32,940 bases of DNA, taken from Chiloscyllium plagiosum. Lineage: Eukaryota. The notes under the pieces are model-generated. The model made no database searches. It was not told the DNA's origin and saw nothing but the letters and a program-made list of their open reading frames with translations. Below are positions 23,778 through 32,940 of this stretch, one piece after another. The stretch is from NCBI RefSeq assembly GCF_004010195.1, contig NW_025213419.1:1-32940 (forward strand), written 5' to 3'. How positions within the stretch are numbered: the stretch's first letter is position 1; each line of letters starts with the position of its first letter. A program made the position numbers and the translations under genes.

Positions 23778-24359
23778 AACACAAATTCCCAGCTCAGCGA
23801 ACAGAACCACAACAACGACAAATGGCAGGGTAATGTAGGATAATGATTTTGTGAGCCTTCATTTCAGGTCAAGGTGTCGGTGCACAAATATCCAGTGAGC
23901 AGCCAAGAGGTGCAGTCGATGAGTTGAGTGTGTGTCCCTGAAAACAGTGTCGTTACAGCAGCGTTGCAGTAAGAGTTGTCAGTGCACTCAGAGATTCAGC
24001 ATTGATGCGGAGAACTGGACTGTCAGTAGGTCGGAGATGTGCTGCGATGGTATGGTGAGGCTGGCATATAACAGATGCCAGCATTGATGGGTGTGGAATG
24101 CATGCATCTTCTGTCTGTGCAGTGTACCTCGAGACGTTGAAGTTCAAGATAGAAGTCTGCAAGAGGGAGGGCTGAGGAGGAGTTATCAGTTACCAACTCT
24201 GACTTCCATCTCAAATACTCCAGATTGTGTTTCCCCCTGTTGGAGCAAGGACACGAAGCTGCAAATTGTTGACAAGAGATCGACATTAATTTGTCTGTTG
24301 GTCATCAGTAATCAGTGAATGAGCATCTCGCCACTCCCGTTCTAAAGGTTTGACTCTTC

Positions 24360-24900
24360 TAATAGAATATCTCATGAAAAGGCCCTTCAGCTCAGTAAGC
24401 CTGCACTGACAGATGACGCCCTTCTAAAGTTAAAAAGGAAGATTTTGCTTTGGCATGTTCTATGTCAGTCCATTCTGGGCCTACTCATGTCTGTGTCAAG
24501 ATATCTCTTATTAGTTGTTATTTTATCCTCTTCTCATCTACCAGTGCACTTCAGTGTACTTTCACATGCTGTCTGGAAAAGAAAAAGAAAAGATTTTCCT
24601 GTGAAACTTCCATCAAACTATGCCCTTTTTTTTTACCAAGAACATATGGCCGCAAGTAAATGATATATCTAGTCTCGGATAAAGCCTCGAAGTATTCTTT
24701 TGCATGCCTCTGATGAATTTTTACATGTCTATCAGTAAACTGCGCAGCCACTGATGACGAAGTAAAAACAAACCAAGTTTCTCCAGTTTCGCCTTTAGGA
24801 TGGATTTGATAGTGTGATCGGTTTTACGTTTGGTAACATGTTTCCACTGAGCCACTTCAATCTGCCCTCAGAATATCTACGACTGCTCTGATTCTGATTT
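24360..24900 (-). mobile_element. Old CR1 3' fragment
   Basis: atagaat...aggcccttcagctcagtaagcctgcactgac resembles the reverse complement of a CR1/SINE terminus and is followed by decayed C-terminal-like sequence. Boundaries are approximate. Confidence 0.4.
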
Positions 24901-25467
24901 ATCGTTTCATTATTGTTTCCTATTCAACTGAATGAAATCTCGTCTCACTTAATAAAATAGTTCTGGGTCATTCTTAAACTCCAAGTCTTATTATAGCTTT
25001 GTCCTTTGTAATACTTACGTTTGAAACAAATGAATTGAGATCTCTATTCCCGAAATATTGTCCTTTTTCAACCAGATGGCAATGGCAATGAGTGCGGAAG
25101 GTGCTCTCTAGGGAGTGCCATAGCATACACACATGATGGAGAGTGTCAAAATGTTTGAGTACTGTTGAAATTGTACTCATTCACACAAGTGGACTTTGTT
25201 CCATAATGTTGCTGACGTGTATCTCGGAGATAATGGACAGGCTTTAGTAAGACAGGAGAAAAGTTACAAATTGTAGGATTCCTAACATCTGTTCTGAAGT
25301 TCTCAACATACCAGCTGTATTGTTTGGATAAACCTGAACACGTTAGTGACAATGGATTCAGCAATGGCAATGTCTTTCGATGTTGAATAGCAATGGTTAG
25401 ATGTTATATGATGGTCATTGTCTGACACTTGTGTAGCACGATTGATTCTTGCCACTTCCCAGTCCAA

Positions 25468-25675
25468 AGTAAAAGTGAGGACTGCAGATGCTGGAAACCA
25501 GAGTTTAGGTCAGAGGGGTGTTGAAAAGCACAGAAGGTCAGGCTGCAGGCGCGAAATCGACGAAATCGCATGAACATTCCTGATGAATGGCTTTTGCCCG
25601 GAACGTCGATTTTCCTGCTCCTCAGATGCTGCCTGACCTGCTGTGCTTTTCCAGGACTGGTCTGATCTAAACATA
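25468..25675. mobile_element. ~210-bp fold-back hammerhead-type element (same family as 13083) nested in the LINE
   Basis: Arms gaaaagcacagaaggtcaggc and gcctgacctgctgtgcttttc. Core CTGATGA-A-TGGC-TTTT-GCCC-GGAACGTC (25580-25607). Imperfect direct repeat CCAG(T/C)CCAA at 25459-25467 and 25676-25684. Confidence 0.82.
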
Positions 25676-26571
25676 CCAGCCCAAGCCCGGCTGATGTCCA
25701 CATCTTGCCGCATTTGGACTGCTTTTCGGGTTTGAGCAGTTGAGAATTGCAAACCCTTGTATAAATCTCATTTCATCTGACCGTATCAAAGAGCAAGCTT
25801 TCAGACAGTTGGTTTTACAAAGTACCTGTTGCCTTTGTTCTTCCAGATAGCTGTCGGTTTGTAAGGTGCTGTCGCATCATTCTTCGTGCAGTGAATCTTG
25901 TAGATGTTACATATTGCGAGTGCTGAGCATCAGTGGGGGAGGGGATGGAGGATCATGGAAGTGATAGCCATTACATTGGCTGGTTTTGTCCTGGGTTATT
26001 ACTGAGATGTAATCCATCATAGGAATTTGGGAGTTAGGATGTAAGCTATGCACTGCACACTTCATGCCCTCTGACATCCTCTTGAAGACATTTTTTTTAA
26101 TGTGGCTAGTCCATGCAAGTTCCTGTCAAATATAGAACCCAGGATGCTGATCAACACCGTATTAGGGACGCAGTGATAGAAATGGTATTGAAAATCAAAG
26201 ACGGTGGTTCAATTGTTTGTCATATTGTATGTCTCATATTTTTGTGGCCGGAATATTACTTGCAATTTCTCAAACTAAACCTGGATGTTTTCCAGGTCTT
26301 GTTGCATTAAAGGTGGTCTGTTGAGGAATGCCATAATCAGTGAACATTGACACTCTGACCTCATCACGGAGAAAGGGTAATTGAAACATCTGTAGTCTCG
26401 GACACCTATTTTCCTGAGGAATGGCTGCAGAGCTGTCCTGGACTTCGATTTACTGAACTGACAAAAACCAGATATTTTGGTCGTGATGCTTCTAAACAGA
26501 AGAGTACATTCTAAAAGTTCTGACTAACTTTCATTTTAATCGATCTCCTATTGTCACGCACTCTTCAATGG

Positions 26572-26657
26572 TTAAAAATCACACAACACCAGGTTAAGGT
26601 TGATCAGGTTTAATTGGAAGCACACGAGCTTTCGGAGCGACGGTCCTTCATCTGGCA
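26572..26657 (-). mobile_element. Short Penelope pseudo-LTR-like fragment with a third-family hammerhead motif
   Basis: Reverse complement CAGAUGA-A-GGA-CCGUCGC-UCC-GAAAGCUC-GUG has a palindromic AGCU stem III and one core substitution (CUGA to CAGA). It interrupts the surrounding LINE. Confidence 0.65.
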
Positions 26658-28055
26658 TTTCCAAATCATGACTCTTTAATGGTGCCTTCATATTAAGAGA
26701 AATTAGTCTAACTGCTCCTTTGGAATTCCATTCTGTTGAACTGATCTTGCAATGGGGTCAGGAAACGCGTGAGCTTGACGGGACACGAACTGGAAGCATC
26801 TGAGCTTGTTGTTGCTGATTGATCACATTATTGCTAAAACTTCCTTTACATTTACGTGGTACACCGTACACCGATTGGTCAGTGACTGGCTGTAATGCAA
26901 GAGCCCTGCTTTTTGTATACAAGACATAATTGGGCCATTTATAACATTGTTGGTAGAGGGCAGTGTTCTTGCTGGAATGGAACACGTTCACGAGAGATGT
27001 CTTAAGTAAAATCAGAGTCCTCAATGTTTCCAGCCAATTCTTGACACTGTGTGAAGTGAATTGAATTATCTGAAGATTGGGGTCTCTGATGCTGGGGTGC
27101 ACTGAAGGAGGTCAGCATGGATCATCTACTTCACCCTTCTGGCTGAAGATTGTTACAAATGCAGCTGCTTTGTTGTTAATTTCAGGTGTGCTGCACTCCA
27201 CCAAAACTGGGGATTTCATTGTTGGAGAGAAGCCTCCTCCTCCAATGGTCTGTTAATTTTTTGCTATCTTTCATGAATAAAGGTGCAGACCTGGAGAGAT
27301 AGATTGGAATTGTTTATTGTGGGATCACTGAGCTGTCCATCACTTTCTGGTATGCTGTTTTACATGCATGTGAACCTACGTTTAGATGAAGACAATAAGA
27401 GCTTCTCCAGGTTGTCCCCTCATATCTGGATCTCTCTGATGTTGTTCCCGGCATGTCCTTCCAAAATCTTTGCCGAATGAGAGTGAATCCCTGGCTTTAA
27501 GGTTTCTGCAGAGGGGGAGATATCGGAGGCCGTGAGGTTGCAGCCTGTATCAGTTGTCCAAAATATTATTCCACTGCAGCTCATGGACGCCTGACTGTTA
27601 GTTGCGTGACATATTCAAAGTCTGTCCCATTCAGCACACAGGTGGCAACATAATATGGTGAGGAGTCTGTAAATTGTGAAAATGACTCTTCCCCTACATA
27701 CGGACGGTCCCTCAGTCATTTCTATCGATATATTAAATACTGAGCTGTATCTGCACCAAGTGTATTGATGAAGAAGTGGTCAATTATAACCTGCCGCAGA
27801 GCAGTCTGTCAGCCACAGGATTCAGCATCAATGCTGAGCTTCATGTTGACTACAGACGAAAGAGCCTAACCCCCTCCCCCACTGTCTGGCTCTGGCCTGT
27901 CGGCGGGACAAAACTAACCAGAGCAGATGATGATCTTGCCGAGGAAATATTCCTGTTCACTGAATCCTGTCTTACAATATCGGACTGTTGCCTGATTTGC
28001 CTGTGGGAAATATATAGCAGGTCACTTTCACATCTTCTACAATGAAGAGTTAATG

Positions 28056-28666
28056 NNNNNNNNNNNNNNNNNNNNNNNNNNNNNNNNNNNNNNNNNNNNN
28101 NNNNNNNNNNNNNNNNNNNNNNNNNNNNNNNNNNNNNNNNNNNNNNNNNNNNNNNNNNNNNNNNNNNNNNNNNNNNNNNNNNNNNNNNNNNNNNNNNNNN
28201 NNNNNNNNNNNNNNNNNNNNNNNNNNNNNNNNNNNNNNNNNNNNNNNNNNNNNNNNNNNNNNNNNNNNNNNNNNNNNNNNNNNNNNNNNNNNNNNNNNNN
28301 NNNNNNNNNNNNNNNNNNNNNNNNNNNNNNNNNNNNNNNNNNNNNNNNNNNNNNNNNNNNNNNNNNNNNNNNNNNNNNNNNNNNNNNNNNNNNNNNNNNN
28401 NNNNNNNNNNNNNNNNNNNNNNNNNNNNNNNNNNNNNNNNNNNNNNNNNNNNNNNNNNNNNNNNNNNNNNNNNNNNNNNNNNNNNNNNNNNNNNNNNNNN
28501 NNNNNNNNNNNNNNNNNNNNNNNNNNNNNNNNNNNNNNNNNNNNNNNNNNNNNNNNNNNNNNNNNNNNNNNNNNNNNNNNNNNNNNNNNNNNNNNNNNNN
28601 NNNNNNNNNNNNNNNNNNNNNNNNNNNNNNNNNNNNNNNNNNNNNNNNNNNNNNNNNNNNNNNNNN
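28056..28666. other. Assembly gap
   Basis: Run of N. Confidence 1.
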
Positions 28667-29924
28667 TCAGTTAAAACTTAATGAAGTTAACAATAATTAA
28701 ATTACCCGATTGCAAAGTTAACTACTACACAATTCAGTAACTGTATTAAATGGCTGATTCATGTTCAGGTCAGTGAACACGCCGTCTTCTAGTCAGCAAA
28801 GCTGTGGAAAATAACTTTGAAAAAAGCCTGATTTCAGACACTGAGCAAATGGGCACCACCACTGCCTCCAAAACGCTGTTCATCTCTAAAGTCAGTCCAG
28901 AGAGCTTTGAATCTGGAGCTGGACTGTTGCTCACACAATCCCTTTCGATGGAAAGTTAGATACATACCGGTTCAACAGGGACATATTTGGCCCAGACTGG
29001 CCAATGCACAAGTACAGGGCTTTGCGCTGGCCCAAACATATTTCAACATCTGTATTAAAGGCCTGAAAACAAGCATGCCTTGCAAGTTTACCTCTTCTGG
29101 TTTACCACCAAAAATGCGTAACTCTGCACCATGGACCCGATTTTGAATGAAGGGACCATAAAGAGGAAAGATTTCTGCAGAGCATAGCACCTTACATTTA
29201 ATTTCTCATAAACCATGTTCAGCGTATGTCAACTCAACAACTGCAGTACCCAAACGGTGTTTGCAGTTGCATGGATGGGCATTTTGATCCCGGCCCAATG
29301 TCATTGCGCATGACTTGGGATATAATTTCTTTGTACATGTTTGCAGCATTCTTCTGAACATTAACAGCGAACACATTTTTAACTGAAGATACTTCGTGCT
29401 TTGTTAATAGGCACCCTTCGATTACTCAATAAGCACCAAATTCGCCCATTTATTCAGTTTTCTTTCAAGACAACATGCTGACAATATTAACCAAATCACA
29501 GTTAGAGGCTTTGAAATGACGACTTTCGTTACCGTACCTAAGAACAAGTAATTAAGAGTTGCCAGGATTTTCTAAATATACAATCATTTTTATTTGTACA
29601 AATACTGTGTGCGAAAATGCACAGCAAGACTTTTCATTCCAACAATCTCACTGTGTATCTAAACATTCTACAGTCAGATATGAGTCCATTTTCAATTGTT
29701 TTTGTGTATCCTACTGTTCAGTAGTGTGTTTACCGAATGGCAGTGTTTGTATGCTGCTAGCTATGTAATAGATACCACTGAAAGACTGACTGATTTTTTT
29801 CAAAGAGCATATCCCTCCAGCTGTTCACAACAAAGAAGGTATTGCCTCGACTCAACCAGCCTGCGCTCAAAAAAAAAACCCAAACTCAATGTCCAGCAAT
29901 GGCATGTTGGACAATATTTTTCAT

Positions 29925-30178
29925 TCTAATTTTTTCCTGGAAAGTGATTGGACCAGTATTAATTTCCCGTCCCTTGCTGCACTTGAGAAGGTGGAAATGA
30001 GTTGCCACATTAACCCCTCCATTCCACGTATTGTTGGTGAACTTACAATACCATTAGGGAGGGTACCTGAAACTGTGACTCAAAAGGAGTCGTAATGCAT
30101 TTACAAATCAAGATTGTGTGTGGCTTGGAATGGGAAGTGAACATAATGGTGGTCTCATACATCTGCTGTAGTCCGTTT
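29925..30178 (-). mobile_element. 3' end of the second CR1-clade LINE family, decayed
   Basis: Recognised from ccagtattaatttcccgtcccttgctgcacttgagaaggtgg...gtgtggcttggaatggg...catacatctgctg, which resembles a common elasmobranch LINE terminus (from memory, not searched). Confidence 0.5.
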
Positions 30179-30180
30179 TT

Positions 30181-30274
30181 TTAGATTAGATTAGATTACT
30201 TACAGTTTGGAAACAGGTCCTTCGGCCCAACAAGTCCACACCGCCCCGCCGAAGCGCAACCCACCCATACCCCT
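30181..30274 (-). mobile_element. Young SINE/CR1 3' tail with (TCTAA)n end
   Basis: ttagattagattagattacttacagtttggaaacaggtccttcggcccaacaagtccacacc. Confidence 0.85.
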
Positions 30275-30289
30275 CACACAGTCCGGTGT

Positions 30290-30522
30290 GCTGAGGTCAT
30301 GTTGCAGTTGTATAAGACTCTGGTGCGGCCGCATCTGGAGTATTGTGTGCGGTTTTGGTCGCCATACTATAGGAAGCATGTGGAGGCACTGGAACGGGTG
30401 CAGAGGAGGTTTACCAGGATGTTGCCTGGTATGGTAGAAAGATCGTATGAGGAAAGGCTGAGGCACTTGGGGCTGTTTTCATTGGAGAAAACAAGGTTTG
30501 GGGGTGACTTGATAGAGGTGTA
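30290..30522 (+). mobile_element. Young CR1 ORF2 C-terminal fragment running into a gap
   Basis: Open frame EVMLQLYKTLVRPHLEYCVRFWSPYYRKHVEALERVQRRFTRMLPGMVERSYEERLRHLGLFSLEK is a canonical CR1 post-RT motif. Confidence 0.93.
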
Positions 30523-31147
30523 NNNNNNNNNNNNNNNNNNNNNNNNNNNNNNNNNNNNNNNNNNNNNNNNNNNNNNNNNNNNNNNNNNNNNNNNNNNNNN
30601 NNNNNNNNNNNNNNNNNNNNNNNNNNNNNNNNNNNNNNNNNNNNNNNNNNNNNNNNNNNNNNNNNNNNNNNNNNNNNNNNNNNNNNNNNNNNNNNNNNNN
30701 NNNNNNNNNNNNNNNNNNNNNNNNNNNNNNNNNNNNNNNNNNNNNNNNNNNNNNNNNNNNNNNNNNNNNNNNNNNNNNNNNNNNNNNNNNNNNNNNNNNN
30801 NNNNNNNNNNNNNNNNNNNNNNNNNNNNNNNNNNNNNNNNNNNNNNNNNNNNNNNNNNNNNNNNNNNNNNNNNNNNNNNNNNNNNNNNNNNNNNNNNNNN
30901 NNNNNNNNNNNNNNNNNNNNNNNNNNNNNNNNNNNNNNNNNNNNNNNNNNNNNNNNNNNNNNNNNNNNNNNNNNNNNNNNNNNNNNNNNNNNNNNNNNNN
31001 NNNNNNNNNNNNNNNNNNNNNNNNNNNNNNNNNNNNNNNNNNNNNNNNNNNNNNNNNNNNNNNNNNNNNNNNNNNNNNNNNNNNNNNNNNNNNNNNNNNN
31101 NNNNNNNNNNNNNNNNNNNNNNNNNNNNNNNNNNNNNNNNNNNNNNN
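30523..31147. other. Assembly gap
   Basis: Run of N. Confidence 1.
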
Positions 31148-31379
31148 GGACCAAGAACACCTTTCTAACTCACAAATCATATCTATCCCTCTGAGCTCGG
31201 AAATCTTCTTCAAGTTCCACCTGCTACAGTGGTATGTTCAACAAATGGTAACAGATTGACATTAAAATATCTTTCCGAAGGAGCTGAGTGAGGACTTGGT
31301 TCGCTCATTTGTTGGAACAGCTAGTCTGCAATTCAGATTAATAACAACAGTCTGGTTTTTATTCTTGCACTGTCAAAAG

Positions 31380-32940
31380 TGAGCATAATGGATTTTCACA
31401 TTCAACCTCTCCCTGACTTGAGGCATGATGACTGTTTAATAAAACCACCACCCGTCGTCTCCGTTAAACAAGAGAAGAATATGATCATCCCGATCAGACC
31501 TACAGGTTTATCCGTGATACCTACCCCCGCCTCCGAGGAACTGCTGCAAACCTGTTGTGGATCTGATATGTCTGCTTTCAACCAACCCCAATCATATTTT
31601 TTGTACCAGGCATGACCTCAAACAAGGCAGATGATTCCCTGATCCCCATTTGCTCCAGATTTGACACTAATCCTTGATTCCACACTTGATCAAATGCAGT
31701 TTTGATAATGCTAAGCGCTGTCACTCTCGCCTCACCCATAGAGTTAAGCTGTGTGTTTTCTTGTTGTCTATCCCAAGGCTTCAATTGGGCCAAGTGATGA
31801 GTGTATCTCGCAAGCCCTAACTGAGCTTCAGTGAACAGGTTTCTGCCGAAGAATTGCTGTTTTATATCACTGTAGATGGCATCTTTCATCACTTTATTGA
31901 TCATAACGATTAGAGCAATGGGGCAGTCATTGAATATCTGAAGTTTGTGTGTGTACAGGACACACCCGCAGTTTTCCACATTGTCAGGTAGATGCTCGTG
32001 CTGTCGCCCAGCAGGAACTGCTCGAATGGAATAATATTAGTGCCGACAACGTTTGCATGATCAAATTCCTTCAGCTGTTTGTAGATACGACACAAAATGA
32101 ATTGGTGTATCTAAGATTGCCATCGAAAATAGATCATTTTATCGACACTTGCCGTCATCATTTCTATCGCAGCCTCATCTATTCTATTGTTGATTCTGCC
32201 GTCATTAAGCAAATTTACAACTGTGTATCCTCCTCCTCTCGTGAGTTGTTTGACTGGCCACCACCATTCACACTGACTGCATGTGACAGGATGACAGAGA
32301 TTCCGTCTGATTCATTGGTTAGCTCTGTCAATCACTTGCAGCTTTCGCTATTTGGTGAATCAGTGGTCCTGGTTGGTCACTTCACCTCATTTTGAGGCAT
32401 ACCTGGTGCTTCGATTGGCAGGCGCTCCTCTGTTCTCTGCTGAACAAAGACGTATCATCTGGCTTGATGATCAAGGTAACTTGGAGCATATGCTCGACAG
32501 TGATAGTGCATCTTGTGCCGGGCTGCAATTCTGCTGCTGTTGGTAAAGACTCGAATCACCTCGCACAGCCCAGTGCGAAATTACCAGATCTATCAAAATC
32601 TGTCCCGTTTAACACAGCAAAAGTGTAGGACACAGAGAGATTATTCGCAATGTAATAGTGGAACTTTATCTCTGGAAATAATGTGTGCAGTAGACATTGT
32701 TACCAAAATGCTAATCAATCAATGTGTCTGGATTCTGTCGATTGCTGGGAATGAGTTGAAGTATGTTTCTCGAGCTGAGTCATTCCCTCCCCAACGAGTG
32801 CAGACCCAGTCCAGCATCTATGTCCTTTTGGATCCGATCATTTCGATCAGTCACGTTACTGCTGAGTCCCTCTTGGTTCTTTTGAAGTGGCCCATCTGGT
32901 ATACAACCTCCAGTTTGCCACATTCTCAGAGTTTCCTCCA
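31380..32940 (-). mobile_element. Decayed CR1-clade LINE RT region (second family)
   Basis: ORF 31578-31979 PIALIVMINKVMK...LFTEAQLGL...GEARVTALSIIKTAFDQVWNQGLVSNLEQMGIR corresponds to the RT motifs PISLL..SKVME, QFGF and LDIKAAFDRVWH. Confidence 0.8.

Larger units (their letters stand above)
22793..23813. mobile_element. Penelope-like element with inverted arms, GIY-YIG endonuclease remnant and terminal hammerhead motifs
   Basis: Plus arm: KTKVVYKISCKDCTKNYIGQTGRQLTIGIHEHQLATKRHDQL. Minus arm: HKRSCIKTIFKMATTHCSTPELQKEEEEHLYNVFAKNGYP. ~100-bp inverted ends (22825-22925 and 23715-23819). Direct repeat AACGAC(T/A)AA(A/T)GGCA at 22779-22792 and 23814-23827. Confidence 0.92.
25030..28055 (-). 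mobile_element. Two adjacent decayed copies of a second CR1-clade LINE family (approx. 25030-25800 and 25810-28055)
   Basis: Minus-strand KWQESIVLHKCQTMTI (~25460-25410) has a second homologous segment at ~26220-26310. ORF 26758-27102 retains traces of the pre-RT NTxxY...K..N.. region. Same family as 31380-32940. Confidence 0.7.

Overview
Eukaryotic, repeat-saturated DNA with four assembly gaps and no intact protein-coding gene. The repeat families point to a cartilaginous fish, probably a shark (inference from HE1-type SINEs and CR1 tails). Bases 1-11.4 kb are a decayed ~37-bp C-rich minisatellite with traces of higher-order structure. It is interrupted by a SINE head and a 5'-truncated CR1 LINE, and ends in a recent ~787-bp tandem duplication. 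Next is a minus-strand Gypsy remnant in which integrase directly follows the protease region (Gmr1-like order), with a tRNA-Pro-like PBS. The rest is a mosaic of SINEs, CR1-clade fragments and Penelope-like elements. The most interesting signal is about nine hammerhead-ribozyme motifs from three sequence families. Most sit in fold-back insertions: non-coding 190-260 bp palindromic elements and ~1 kb inverted GIY-YIG Penelope fragments. Four of these insertions share one long 'tailed' arm, one short arm and a target-site duplication (14-15 bp in three cases, shorter and degraded in one). Family assignments come from motif recognition, not from database searches.
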